Numbered from the stretch's first letter, positions 8,487-18,788 are shown. The stretch is DNA of 64,000 nucleotides from an uncultured bacterium (GCA_964607485.1 CAZSKP010000026.1:1-64000), one strand, 5' to 3'. Translations and numbers: made by a program. The notes: generated by a model from the sequence alone, not told the origin.

Positions 8487-9443
8487 TTAGAGTTCCTTCA
8501 GAATATCGTCGATGTAATACTTCGAGTACAACGCACTGACCGGATTGTTTGCCAGAGATTTGTCCTTCACGAAAAGGGTGGACGCAGGGGCGTCGCTGTA
8601 CCGGGCAAAGATGCAGTCGCACCCCACGCACAATCCCACGGCAACATTGATGTCTGTTTTCAGCGCATTGAGAACTCTCGCCTGACCTATCGGATTGCAC
8701 ACGATCCCGTTAGACGCCGTGATGAGGTCGGGCTGCGCTCTCCCGCCGACTTTGCAGCACACCGGGCTTACCGAAAAAAAGCGGCGTAGCAACCGCGTGA
8801 GTATTTCCGTCTCTCTGAACATGTCCACGCAGAACGCCACGCCGACGTGCGTGCACTCCATGCCGATACAGTAATAGATGAACTCCGCGACACGGCACAG
8901 CTTGCGGTCGGTTTCCGCCTCTACGTCCATCGTGACTTCCATGGAATGATGAAATTTTGCGTACTGTTCGGCCGGATAAAGTTCGCCGAATCGCGTCGTG
9001 CAGTTCTCGCCCTTGAGACAGATTCGGTCCACGCACTCGACACAGTCGATTCCTGATTCCACCGTTTGCTTTTGCAAAGCCCTTTTTGGCTCGACGTCCG
9101 ACGCTGATTCCCTGCCTTCGGACGCCAAGCCGTACCCGTTCCTGAGACGGCCACTTCCCAGGGCCGCCAGGACCTCCTCGGTCTCTGCAGCTACGTCGTG
9201 GATCACTCGGATTCCGTATGAGTCCGCCTTCTCAATGAATTCCCTGTCGATCGCACCGCAGACGAACAGGTCGATTTCCAGCCCAACTAGTTGCAACAAT
9301 CGCTCCTCTTCGGTCATTCCGGTTGTCTCGACGATCTTTCTCGAGACTTCGCGGTCGTCGAAAAACTGGACGAGCAATGTCTTATCGGAATAAAGACACC
9401 GGGGCGAAACCCGAGATCCAAAGAGCGGAATGGCTACCCTCAC
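8487..9443 (-). CDS. NifB/NifX-family domain fused to DUF1847 Cys-rich domain
   Basis: N-terminal RVAIPLFGSRVSPR..ICGAI-like NifX motif; C-terminal RVAE, AFC, VCCKVG, CNPIGQA, GLCVGCD and VKD DUF1847 motifs. Confidence 0.82.
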   Translation of the reverse strand: MRVAIPLFGSRVSPRCLYSDKTLLVQFFDDREVSRKIVETTGMTEEERLLQLVGLEIDLFVCGAIDREFIEKADSYGIRVIHDVAAETEEVLAALGSGRLRNGYGLASEGRESASDVEPKRALQKQTVESGIDCVECVDRICLKGENCTTRFGELYPAEQYAKFHHSMEVTMDVEAETDRKLCRVAEFIYYCIGMECTHVGVAFCVDMFRETEILTRLLRRFFSVSPVCCKVGGRAQPDLITASNGIVCNPIGQARVLNALKTDINVAVGLCVGCDCIFARYSDAPASTLFVKDKSLANNPVSALYSKYYIDDILKEL

Positions 9444-9564
9444 GACTTTTTTCCCATCTCATTCTCGACGTTGTGAGCTTCGAGCCTACGAGAAAGATGA
9501 AATATTTCGAGGAAGACTCTTTCGCATGTTTCAGCACTTTGCTGATTCGTCGGAAAATCTTTCG

Positions 9565-9579
9565 GCAATAACTATGCCA
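9565..9579 (-). promoter_or_regulatory. sigma54 promoter for the NifX-DUF1847/USP operon
   Basis: Minus strand TGGCATAGTTATTGC. Confidence 0.75.
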
Positions 9580-9858
9580 AGAGTTCTCCTCTCTTCAATC
9601 CTTCATTCCAATGCACAGAGCTTCGCGCTTTTTCTCCATTTCGAGCTTGTCGACCGCATCTGGCGACAGCAGAAACACGCCCGAAGAACGTCGCAGAACG
9701 CGTTGCATGCAACGTCGCGTCGCAACGATGTGCCACAAGAAAGGCGACATTGACGCTCGCTCCGGGACCTGCTATCGGGAATGACGCACCGCAGCAAGTC
9801 CCGAATTTTCCGGCAGTATCGAAGCGCGAATCAGCTTCGCTCCGGTTTGAGGCGAGGG

Positions 9859-9873
9859 TGGCATATTTCTTGC
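9859..9873 (+). promoter_or_regulatory. sigma54 promoter for the qrc-tmc cluster
   Basis: TGGCATATTTCTTGC about 90 nt upstream of qrcA. Confidence 0.78.
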
Positions 9874-9964
9874 CCAAACAGTATTCGGCATCAGCATGAA
9901 ATGACAATCAATCCTTGTGAGGGGACCACGTGTTTGATAGTTGCCGGTTTTGGATGAAAAAATC

Positions 9965-10603
9965 ATGACGGAAAGAAGGATCTCAGTCGGCCAAAAATAT
10001 TTTGCGGGTATCCTCGGTTTTTTCCTGGTCGGCCTGTTGATCTTCCTGTTGCTGGGCTGGTTTGTGTTTCCAAGCCTAATCTATGAAAGGAAGGCGCAGC
10101 CCGTGAATTACAACCCGCCGTTGCATGTGGAGAAGCTGGGCATTACATGCGATACGTGCCACTTCTTCCACGAAGACGGCAGTTGGGCGGGGATTCCCAC
10201 TCTGGAAACGTGTGTGGACTGCCACGCCGAGACAATCGGCGATTCACCCGAGGAAGAGAAGTTCGTCAACAACTATGTCAAGAAGAACAAAGAGGTGAAG
10301 TGGGCGCTATACGTGAGGCAGCCGGAGTGCGTGTCCTTCTCGCATTCTTCACACGTGAGAATGGCCAAGATCGCGTGTGAGACGTGTCACGGGCCGCAGG
10401 GCCATTCCGATGCGACAGAATATCTGGCAAACAGGATTACGAACTACAGCTACGTAGTGTACGATCCCCGCGTTCCCCTCAACGCTTTTACCATCATGAA
10501 CGAGAAGGGGAGCAAGGTGTGGGGAACCATGAGGATGGATGAGTGCGCAGGCTGTCACCGTTCGAGAGGAACGAGCACGGCGTGTTTCATCTGTCACAAA
10601 TAG
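9965..10603 (+). CDS. qrcA: Membrane-anchored pentaheme cytochrome c (QrcA)
   Basis: N-terminal TM; five CxxCH (CDTCH, CVDCH, CETCH, CAGCH, CFICH); operon position. Confidence 0.85.
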   Translation: MTERRISVGQKYFAGILGFFLVGLLIFLLLGWFVFPSLIYERKAQPVNYNPPLHVEKLGITCDTCHFFHEDGSWAGIPTLETCVDCHAETIGDSPEEEKFVNNYVKKNKEVKWALYVRQPECVSFSHSSHVRMAKIACETCHGPQGHSDATEYLANRITNYSYVVYDPRVPLNAFTIMNEKGSKVWGTMRMDECAGCHRSRGTSTACFICHK

Positions 10604-10646
10604 CACGCTGTCCGAAGAAATCTGTGGAGTGAAGGGAAGAGAGACC

Positions 10647-13040
10647 GTGGAAGTCAACCGCAGGACGTTTGTCAAAGGAATGGCCTTCGCCGGGGGAGCC
10701 GCCCTCGGGGTGATGCTGTCGCCTGCTCCCTGGTATCTGATAAGGGATATGGCGTTCTGGACGCAGAACTGGTCATGGGTTCCCGGTCCCGTGCCGGGAG
10801 AGCCTTCGTTCGACAAGACGATCTGCAGGATGTGTGATGGCGGATGCGGTATCAGGATTAGAAAAGTCGATGATCGGCTGGTGCGAATCGATGGAGACTG
10901 CGACCACCCGGTGAACAGAGGCTCGATATGTCCGCTGGGAACAGCGGCCCTTCAAATGCTCTACAGTCCGGCGCGCGTCAAGACCCCACTAAAGCGGTCG
11001 GGCGACCGAGCCAATCCGAAGTGGGAGCCGCTCTCGTGGGAGAAGGCGCTCAAAGAGGTCACCGACAAACTTCGTGCCCTTCGCTCCGCCGGTCGGTCTC
11101 ATTCAGTCGCCTGCATTGCCAGCCCTTCCGATAGCGTAGCCAACGAGCTTTTCGAGCGATTCCTGCAACCGGTCGGCTCTCCGAATTTCATAAGGATGAA
11201 CTCGAAGGCGGACGCCCAAGACATCGTGTATGAGCTCATGTATGGTGGGGAAGGGAAGATCGCCTACGACATCGAGAATGCCCGATGCATCCTCAGCTTC
11301 GGCTGCGACCTTTTTGCCGGATGGGGGGTTCCGGGCCGCATGTACCATGCACAGTCGGTCTGGCTCGACCAGCCGGGCAACGCCGAAACGGAGATAATCC
11401 AGATAGACCCGAGTCTTTCCATCACCGCGGCTAAATCCTCACGGTGGGTGCCCATCACACCGGGGGCCGAGGCCGCCCTGGCTCTGGGCATAGCCCACGT
11501 GTTGATCAGGGACGGCCTCTACGACAAGGCGTTCGTCAAGAATCACTGCTTCGGCTTCGAAAACTGGACCGATCAAAGCGGGAAGAAGGTTGCAGGATTC
11601 AAGTCGGAGGTGCTCTCCCGTTATTCTCCTCAATCGGTGGAGCTGATGGCAAAGGTGTCGGCGAAGGAAATCGAAGAGCTTGCCTACACGTTCGCCGCAA
11701 GCAAGCCGTCGCTCGCGCTCTGCGGGGGAGGCGGCGGCGACCTGTATGCGGACATGTACGCTTTGATGGCCGTTCACAGTCTGAACGCGCTCGTGGGAAA
11801 CATCAACCAGCCAGGTGGCATTCTCAGCCGGTCCGATACTCCGGTCAAGCCGCTGCCGCCGGTGAGTATGGATGAAGAGGCTGTTCGTGGTTACTCGACG
11901 CCCCGGATTGACGAGGCGGGAGGCAGGGAATATCCGTTCACCCGCTCACTGCCCGACAACATCGACGCGCGCGAGGTTGAAGTCCTGTTCGTGCACGAGG
12001 CGAATCCGTATTATGCTCTGTCCGACCAGAAGACCGCCGAAGAAATTTTCGGGAAGATTCCTTACATCGTCAGCCTGTCCTCCTATCTCGACGAAAGCAC
12101 GATGCGTGCCGACCTGATACTGCCGATACCGACACCCTTCGAGCGATGGGACGACCTCGTGAGTGTCCCGGGATTTCAATACCCGGTGTACGACCTGACT
12201 CGCCCCGTTGTCAAACCGCTCTACGACACGAAAAATGCCGGGGACATCGTCATCGAAATCGCGCATCGACTGGGAGGTGCGATTGAGAAATCGTTCCCTT
12301 GGAACAATGTGATTGAAGTCGTCATAGAAAGGGCTCAGGGACTGCACGAATCCAACAAGGGATTGATAGATACGCCTGAAGCCCTCGCGAGAGTGAGTGA
12401 GGGAGAACTCGCGGCCGCCTTTGAAGGGCAAGAATATCCTTCATTCTCGGCGTTCTGGAGCGACCTCGTGCAGCACGGCTGCTGGTTCGACCCGGTCTAC
12501 AACACCGGCGATCCGACAAATATCCTCAAGACTCCCAGCGGAAAGTTCGAGTTCTTCAGTCAACGCTTGCAGAGTGCATTCGGATTCAGCGAGGCGGCAG
12601 CGTGCATGCCACATTACACCGAGCCCGTGCCCAATCCAGAGGGCTTCGATTTGATTATTATGCCCGTCGAGCTTGTCATGATGGCTGGAGACGGGCTCGG
12701 CACACCGCCGCTGTTGATCAAGCAATTGAGGGACAACGAGCTTGCCGGAAAAGAGATGTTTGTCCAAATAAATCCGATAACCGCCATGTATCAAGGCTTG
12801 AAGGACGGCGACGCCGTGATTCTGGAATCGTCGCGGGGCAAGGCGAAGGTGCGGATACATACATTTGCCGGCGTGCGTGAAGGGGTAGTGCTGATTCCTC
12901 TCGGCTTTGGTCATACGGCCTATGACCAGTTTCTGCGAAACAAGGGCGTGAACGCCCACCAGATGCTCGATGTCGGGACCGACAGGCTCAGCGGACTGCC
13001 GGCCCGATGGTCTACGCCGGGGAAACTGAGAAGAGCATAA
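10647..13040 (+). CDS. qrcB: Molybdopterin oxidoreductase-like subunit (QrcB)
   Basis: Tat motif NRRTFVK; PAPW..WTQNW N-terminus; CxxCxxxC..C; DMSO-reductase fold motifs; GTG start inferred. Confidence 0.85.
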   Translation: MEVNRRTFVKGMAFAGGAALGVMLSPAPWYLIRDMAFWTQNWSWVPGPVPGEPSFDKTICRMCDGGCGIRIRKVDDRLVRIDGDCDHPVNRGSICPLGTAALQMLYSPARVKTPLKRSGDRANPKWEPLSWEKALKEVTDKLRALRSAGRSHSVACIASPSDSVANELFERFLQPVGSPNFIRMNSKADAQDIVYELMYGGEGKIAYDIENARCILSFGCDLFAGWGVPGRMYHAQSVWLDQPGNAETEIIQIDPSLSITAAKSSRWVPITPGAEAALALGIAHVLIRDGLYDKAFVKNHCFGFENWTDQSGKKVAGFKSEVLSRYSPQSVELMAKVSAKEIEELAYTFAASKPSLALCGGGGGDLYADMYALMAVHSLNALVGNINQPGGILSRSDTPVKPLPPVSMDEEAVRGYSTPRIDEAGGREYPFTRSLPDNIDAREVEVLFVHEANPYYALSDQKTAEEIFGKIPYIVSLSSYLDESTMRADLILPIPTPFERWDDLVSVPGFQYPVYDLTRPVVKPLYDTKNAGDIVIEIAHRLGGAIEKSFPWNNVIEVVIERAQGLHESNKGLIDTPEALARVSEGELAAAFEGQEYPSFSAFWSDLVQHGCWFDPVYNTGDPTNILKTPSGKFEFFSQRLQSAFGFSEAAACMPHYTEPVPNPEGFDLIIMPVELVMMAGDGLGTPPLLIKQLRDNELAGKEMFVQINPITAMYQGLKDGDAVILESSRGKAKVRIHTFAGVREGVVLIPLGFGHTAYDQFLRNKGVNAHQMLDVGTDRLSGLPARWSTPGKLRRA

Positions 13041-13799
13041 ATGACCGACATGAAAGATAGACCCGACAAACAGAAAGTCGTTCGATACGGCATGACCATC
13101 GACCTGGATAAATGCACCGGGTGCGGAAACTGCGCGGTCACTTGTCACATCGAGAACAACGTTCCGTTCCGCGTCGATGAGAGCGACAAGTCGCGCAACA
13201 TCGCATGGATGCGCATCTACAAGGTCGATAACGGCGCGGAATATCCGCATGCGCGCGTGGCGTATGTCCCCCGGCCCTGTATGCAGTGCGACCATCACAC
13301 GCCGTGCGTTTCCGTCTGTCCGGCGAGCGCCACGAATTACGACGATCTGACGGGAATAGTGGACCAGATAAATACGCGCTGTATCGGATGTCGATACTGT
13401 ATGGCGGCGTGCCCGTACATGGTCCGCTGCTTCAACTGGTGGGACCCAGTGTGGCCGGAGGAGATGGAGAAGGAGCTCAACCCCGACGTCGCTCCACGGA
13501 TGCGGGGAGTCGTCGAGAAATGCACGTTCTGTTCGCATAGATACCTGAAGGCGAAGGACAAGGCGCACAACGAGGGCCGAAACTACTTGAAAGAAGATGA
13601 GTATGTTCCCGCGTGCGTCGAGGCGTGCCCGGTGGGAGCGATGTGTTTCGGCGACCTGAACAACCCGGAGCACAAGGTGGCGAAACAAATCAGGAGCCCC
13701 CGCGCCTTTCGTCTGTTGGAGAAGCTGCACACCGAGCCCAAGGTGTACTACCTGAGTTCCCAGGAGTGGGTCAGAAAAATGGCGAACGGCTCGGTGTGA
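13041..13799 (+). CDS. qrcC: Four-cluster Fe-S subunit (QrcC/NrfC type)
   Basis: CTGCGNC, CMQC..PCVSVCP, CIGCRYCMAACPY and KCTFC..ACVEACP motifs. Confidence 0.9.
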   Translation: MTDMKDRPDKQKVVRYGMTIDLDKCTGCGNCAVTCHIENNVPFRVDESDKSRNIAWMRIYKVDNGAEYPHARVAYVPRPCMQCDHHTPCVSVCPASATNYDDLTGIVDQINTRCIGCRYCMAACPYMVRCFNWWDPVWPEEMEKELNPDVAPRMRGVVEKCTFCSHRYLKAKDKAHNEGRNYLKEDEYVPACVEACPVGAMCFGDLNNPEHKVAKQIRSPRAFRLLEKLHTEPKVYYLSSQEWVRKMANGSV

Positions 13800-13851
13800 C
13801 GTCACGCGGAACGTTGCGACGGCATAAGGTTAAAGAGACGAGACGCGTAAG

Positions 13852-15078
13852 ATGACATCAGCAAATGAAGTTCCGAAGTTGAAGCGATGTTCCCAGCGAA
13901 GGTTTCTCTTGTGGCTGGCTTTCTGGGGATTGCTGCTGGCATGGGGACTGTACGCGGCATTCCTCTGCCTTTTCAAAGGTCTGAATCAGACCGGGATGAA
14001 TAACTACTTCGTGTTCGGCCTGTGGATCACGGTTGACCTGGCCATCATCGCCCTGGGGGCGGGGGCCTTCTTCAGCGGATTCTTGTTTTACATACTCAGG
14101 GTCGATTACCTCAAAGACCTGATAGGCGCGGCCGTGGTCATCGGGTTCATCTGCTACAGCGGGGCCATAGGAATGCTGACCATCGACATCGGACAGCCGC
14201 TGCGGGGTTATTTCAGTTTCTGGCACGCCAACGTGCACTCCATGCTGACGGAGGTCATCTTCTGCATCACGTGCTACCTGTTTGTGCTTACGGTCGAGTT
14301 TGTGCCGCTGGTCGCCGAGCACAAAAAGATCAGCGACTTCCCGCTATTCAAGTACATGGGCGAAAACCTGCACGGCATAATGGCCGTCTTCGCGCTTGTC
14401 GGCACGTTCCTGTCCTTTTTCCATCAGGGCTCGCTCGGCGGGATGTTCGGCGTCCTGTTCGCGCGACCGTTCGCCTATCGAGCCGGCATAGCGATTTGGC
14501 CGTGGACGTTTTTCCTGTTCATATTGTCCGCCATTGCATCCGGACCGGCGCTGACGACACTGGTCGTGTGGACGACCCAGAAGGTCACGCGGCGTCAGCT
14601 TGTTCGCAGAACCACCTTGTCCAAGCTGGCCAAGCTGTCCGCCGTATTGTTCACGGTTTATTTAATTCTCAAATCAGCCGACACGGTCTATTGGGCGAAC
14701 GTGACGGCTCCTGAGATGGGATTCAAGTTTACGAGTTTTTATAAGGGGCCGTATGGAATGGAGCTGCTGTTCTTCGAGCTGTTCGTGTTCGGACTGCTCC
14801 CGGCCATCCTGCTCCTGATTCCGAAAGCGCGCGATTATGACCTTTCTCTGGTTCTTGGATGCCTGTTCATTTGCATCGGCGTCGTTCTCAACCGATTCGC
14901 AATAACCGTTCAGACGCTCTCGATACCGGTTTTGCCGTTCGAGAAATTCATGGCGTATAAGCCGACCTGGCAGGAATGGGCCATCTCCGCGGCGGTTGTC
15001 GGGTACGGGGTGATTTTGTATTCGTTGTCGTATCGCTATCTCCACCTGTTTCCGCGGGAGCGCGAACTGAACGCATGA
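13852..15078 (+). CDS. qrcD: NrfD/PsrC-family membrane quinone-binding subunit (QrcD)
   Basis: About 10 TM; FGLWI, DIGQPLR, SMLTEV and HQGSLG motifs. Confidence 0.88.
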   Translation: MTSANEVPKLKRCSQRRFLLWLAFWGLLLAWGLYAAFLCLFKGLNQTGMNNYFVFGLWITVDLAIIALGAGAFFSGFLFYILRVDYLKDLIGAAVVIGFICYSGAIGMLTIDIGQPLRGYFSFWHANVHSMLTEVIFCITCYLFVLTVEFVPLVAEHKKISDFPLFKYMGENLHGIMAVFALVGTFLSFFHQGSLGGMFGVLFARPFAYRAGIAIWPWTFFLFILSAIASGPALTTLVVWTTQKVTRRQLVRRTTLSKLAKLSAVLFTVYLILKSADTVYWANVTAPEMGFKFTSFYKGPYGMELLFFELFVFGLLPAILLLIPKARDYDLSLVLGCLFICIGVVLNRFAITVQTLSIPVLPFEKFMAYKPTWQEWAISAAVVGYGVILYSLSYRYLHLFPRERELNA

Positions 15079-15108
15079 ACTCTTTGGATACGAAGGAGCC
15101 AACGAACC

Positions 15109-15351
15109 ATGCTGCCAACGACATTTGAGTTTCGATGGGATGCAGGCCACATGATCTTCTTCGGAGTCTTCTATGCGGTGGTGATAGTGGTTTTCACAAG
15201 CCTGTTTTTTGTGGTGGCGAAATCAATCACCGACGTTTACAGGAACATGAAGACCGGCAGGCGACAGGTGGACGTTTCTGAACGCGAGGACGAAACCGGC
15301 CAACTGGAAGCGGAAGTCGCAGCGAAAACTTTAACGGAGCCTTCAGGGTAA
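15109..15351 (+). CDS. Small single-TM protein
   Basis: RBS AAGGAG; FEFRWDAGHMIFFG then a hydrophobic helix; in-operon position. Confidence 0.65.
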   Translation: MLPTTFEFRWDAGHMIFFGVFYAVVIVVFTSLFFVVAKSITDVYRNMKTGRRQVDVSEREDETGQLEAEVAAKTLTEPSG

Positions 15352-15390
15352 GAGCGCATCGGACATTACACTCACAGCTCAGAAAGAAGG

Positions 15391-16719
15391 ATGGATGGCC
15401 ACATGCAAAGCGTAGGGACAGCTAAAGCGGAAGCGAAAGAAGTTCTGCCCGGCAAAGACGGTTGGGACCGGGAGACCAGAGAGAAATTGGTTGCGGATAT
15501 TTCGACGCTGCGGGAAAAATTCGCGGAAGTGCACGAGTTTGCCGTCAGCGGGGATGGTGAAAGAATCGCCGTTCCGGTCAAGACGGAGGAGGGCCAGTTC
15601 ACCGTCTGCGTGAACGGTGAGCCGTGGGAACAGGCCTTCGAAAAAGTATGGTACCTGAAGTTCGGACCGGACGGCAGGTTGACGGCGCTCGTCAGGGCCG
15701 ACGACGAATGGACCGTCGCCGTTGAAGGCGAATGCTGGCAGGAAAAGTTCGAGTACGCATGGAACACCACGTTCAGCCGGGACGGCAGCGCAATCGCCGC
15801 GCAGGCAAAGAGGGTAATGGACTACCTGATAGTTGTGGACGGAGTTGTTTGGAACACTGCCTTCGTTTCCACCAGGGGACTCGCCCTCAGCCCCGGCGGC
15901 GAGAAGGCGGCCGCGGTTGTGCAGCCCGTGCCGTTAAAGGAAGCGGACATCTTCGGGTTTCTGGCGGGTACATGGACCGTCGCCGTCAACGACAAACCGT
16001 GGGACAGAAACTTCATCAACGTGTACTCTCCCACATTCAGTCCCGATGGCCGACACGTCGCCGCACAGGTCCGGCTCGGAATCTGCGAATATACCATTGC
16101 CAAAAATGGGCGGCCGTGGGGCCAGACGTTCGGCTGCGTGTGGGAACCCTGCTTCAGACCTCAATCGAATTCCATCGTCGCTCCCGTCAGGACCGGCGAA
16201 GGCTGGACATTGGCCGAGGATGGTCAACTGATATGGAACGGACGCTACGACCAATTATGGCGGCCAAAAATCAGCCCCGACGGAAACCGGATCGCCGCCG
16301 TCGCGGCTCCCAGCTTCGGGAAATGGACCATCGCTGTCGATGACGCGCCGTGGAAGAAGACATACAGCGATTGCGTGCTCGAGCCGTTCTTTTCAAGCGA
16401 TTCCCGGCACGTCGCCGCCATCGTGAAGGAAAACAATCGCTGGACAATCGCTGTGGATGGCGTCCCATGGACGGAAACCTTCGATATGATCTGGGACCCG
16501 GCGTTCGACCCGACGGGGGAATATGTCGTCGCGAAGGCCGAATGGAATGGGCGGTTCTGCATTGTTGTCAACGGCAGGATTTGGAGGCGCACGTTCGACG
16601 CGATGTGGGAACCCGTTTTCAGCCATAACGGGAAAATGCTCCTCGTCAGGTCGGTCGAGGACGGGAAGTACTACCGCCGTATCATCGACCTCCCGGATAT
16701 TCTGGATAATCTACGGTAA
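15391..16719 (+). CDS. tmcD: Trp-rich beta-propeller protein (TmcD)
   Basis: Repeated WTVAVxGxPW...PxFSPDG units; adjacent to tmcC and tmcB. Confidence 0.8.
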   Translation: MDGHMQSVGTAKAEAKEVLPGKDGWDRETREKLVADISTLREKFAEVHEFAVSGDGERIAVPVKTEEGQFTVCVNGEPWEQAFEKVWYLKFGPDGRLTALVRADDEWTVAVEGECWQEKFEYAWNTTFSRDGSAIAAQAKRVMDYLIVVDGVVWNTAFVSTRGLALSPGGEKAAAVVQPVPLKEADIFGFLAGTWTVAVNDKPWDRNFINVYSPTFSPDGRHVAAQVRLGICEYTIAKNGRPWGQTFGCVWEPCFRPQSNSIVAPVRTGEGWTLAEDGQLIWNGRYDQLWRPKISPDGNRIAAVAAPSFGKWTIAVDDAPWKKTYSDCVLEPFFSSDSRHVAAIVKENNRWTIAVDGVPWTETFDMIWDPAFDPTGEYVVAKAEWNGRFCIVVNGRIWRRTFDAMWEPVFSHNGKMLLVRSVEDGKYYRRIIDLPDILDNLR

Positions 16720-16731
16720 GGAGAATCGGAC

Positions 16732-17379
16732 ATGTATGAGTTCGCGAGCGGCCCGCTGGTATGGTTGGCGTTCATCGTTTTTTTCGGGGGCTCCGCATAC
16801 CGGCTGGTCTGGATGTTTCTGACCGCGAGGAAGGACAGGGTCGTCTATCCATACATGAGTCTGAAATACGGCCTGCGCTCCTTGTCACACTGGGTCGTTC
16901 CGTTCGCCAGCCTAAATATGAGAATGAGACCGGTCATGACCGTGGTCACATTCATGTTCCACATCTGCCTCATATTCACGCCCATCTTTCTCCTGGCGCA
17001 CAACGAACTGCTTCGGCAGGCGTGGGGCGTGAGTCTGTGGAGTCTCCCGCCCGAGTTGGCAGACATAATGACGGTGGCCGTCATCATTGGGGGCGCCTTC
17101 TTCATCGGAAGACGCCTCAGGCTGCCCGAAGTGAGAAATGTCACGACGTACTCCGACTACCTTCTGGTCGCTATCGTGCTCGCGCCGTTCGTGACGGGTT
17201 TCATCGCATATCACCAGTGGTTCGCCTACAAGACGATGGTGACTATTCATATCGTCACGGGAGCCATCATGCTGATGGCGATCCCGTTCACCCGGTTGAG
17301 CCACATGCTGTACTTCTTCTTCACGAGAGCGTACATGGGCTCTGAATTCGGGTTTGTACGCAACGCGAGGGATTGGTAA
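16732..17379 (+). CDS. tmcC: NarI-like cytochrome b membrane subunit (TmcC)
   Basis: GPLVW, FHI..AH, H..GAI and IPFTRLSH heme b motifs. Confidence 0.85.
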   Translation: MYEFASGPLVWLAFIVFFGGSAYRLVWMFLTARKDRVVYPYMSLKYGLRSLSHWVVPFASLNMRMRPVMTVVTFMFHICLIFTPIFLLAHNELLRQAWGVSLWSLPPELADIMTVAVIIGGAFFIGRRLRLPEVRNVTTYSDYLLVAIVLAPFVTGFIAYHQWFAYKTMVTIHIVTGAIMLMAIPFTRLSHMLYFFFTRAYMGSEFGFVRNARDW

Positions 17380-17402
17380 CCCTCTTAAAATGGAGGTTGA
17401 AC

Positions 17403-18785
17403 ATGGCCGAGAAGAATGCCGGTCAAGCCGTCGCGGAAGCGATACCGGATGAATCCAAGAGCAGGCTGACCCCCGAACAAATGGTAAAGGACCAGGGGTT
17501 GGACGAAACCATCAAGAAGCTGACCCCCGAACAAATAGAGCAAACCATAAACAAGGTTTTGAAAGGAGAGGGCGCGCGGCTCAGAGTGTACCTCGACACG
17601 TGCGTCCATTGCGGGCTGTGCTCCGAGGCGTGCCACACGTACCTCTCCCGCGACAGAGACCCGCAATATTCTCCCGTCGGCAAGGTCAAGAACACATTGT
17701 GGGAAATGGTCAAGCGGAAGGGCAAGGTTGACGCGGAGTTCATCAAGAATGCATCTCGGATAGTATTCACAGAATGCGCCGTGTGCCGCCGATGCAGCAT
17801 GTACTGTCCGTTTGGGATTGACATCGCATATCTGCTGATAGTCGTGCGCCGAATTCTTAACCTGCTCTACGTGGTCCCCGCGTACCTCCAAGATACCACC
17901 AACAGCCACGCCGCCACGATGAACCAGATGTGGGTGCAGGAGGACGAGTGGATCGACACGCTCCAGTGGCAGGAGGAAGAGGCTCAGATGGAGATGGCCA
18001 AGGCCAGGATTCCCCTGGAAAAAGAAGGAGCCGAAGTAATGTACTCGGTCATCGCTCCCGAGCCGAAGATCCTCGCTCAGCTCCTGAATTACATGTCGCA
18101 GTTCATGACGGTCGCCGGGGTGGATTGGACCATGCCGGCAACCGACGGCTGGGACAACAGCAACATGGCGATGTACTCGGGCGACTTCGAGACCATGGCG
18201 CGCGTCGAGCGGCTCCACTACGAAACGGCCATGCGGCTGAAGGTGAAGAAGATCGTCATGGGCGAGTGCGGCCATGCGTTCAGGGGCGCGGCCTACGACG
18301 GCCCCAAGTGGCTTTCCTGGCGGTTCCCGCCGATTCCGCTGATTCACGCCATCCAGTGGTACTATGAGCTCATCAAGAGCGGGAGAATCAAGATAGCCAA
18401 GAAATATCCCGAACCCATAACGGTCCAGGACCCGTGCAACGTCGTCCGAGGCAAGGGCCTGCATAAGATGCTTCGCTACATCATGAACGCTGCGTGCGAG
18501 GACTTCAGGGACGTTGACCCGAGGTTTGAGCACAACTACTGCTGCATGGCCGGCGGCGGCACGGTCAACTGCGGCCCCCCATGGACGCGCTCCAGAATGG
18601 TGAGCAACCGGGTCAAGGCGGAGCAACTCTCCGCCACCGGAGCCAAGGTGGTCGTCACCCCTTGCCACAACTGCCACAGCGGCATCGAGCAGATCGTCAG
18701 CTTCTACAAGCTCGACATGCACGTAAAATTTTTCGCCGAGATACTGGTCGAATGCATGGAAGTTCCCCAACACTTAAAGGTGTAA
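17403..18785 (+). CDS. tmcB: HdrD/DsrK-like Fe-S CCG protein (TmcB)
   Basis: CVHCGLCSEAC, CAVCRRCSMYCP, ECGH, QDPC, CCMAGGG and PCHNC motifs. Confidence 0.87.
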   Translation: MAEKNAGQAVAEAIPDESKSRLTPEQMVKDQGLDETIKKLTPEQIEQTINKVLKGEGARLRVYLDTCVHCGLCSEACHTYLSRDRDPQYSPVGKVKNTLWEMVKRKGKVDAEFIKNASRIVFTECAVCRRCSMYCPFGIDIAYLLIVVRRILNLLYVVPAYLQDTTNSHAATMNQMWVQEDEWIDTLQWQEEEAQMEMAKARIPLEKEGAEVMYSVIAPEPKILAQLLNYMSQFMTVAGVDWTMPATDGWDNSNMAMYSGDFETMARVERLHYETAMRLKVKKIVMGECGHAFRGAAYDGPKWLSWRFPPIPLIHAIQWYYELIKSGRIKIAKKYPEPITVQDPCNVVRGKGLHKMLRYIMNAACEDFRDVDPRFEHNYCCMAGGGTVNCGPPWTRSRMVSNRVKAEQLSATGAKVVVTPCHNCHSGIEQIVSFYKLDMHVKFFAEILVECMEVPQHLKV

Positions 18786-18788
18786 AGA

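Noticed and set aside
12441-13805. Long antisense ORFs (also 17385-18773, 45664-46893, 48444-49763 and 57104-58552)
   Set aside because: Shadow frames of well-supported genes in GC-rich DNA, with no motifs
9965-15078. Catalytic polysulfide/tetrathionate reductase or alternative complex III
   Set aside because: The pentaheme-B-C-D order, WTQNW N-terminus, missing Mo-ligand Cys and absence of ActDEF-like genes fit Qrc better
16732-18785. DsrMK
   Set aside because: The neighbouring TmcD-type propeller, two CCG domains and absence of dsrJOP favour TmcCB
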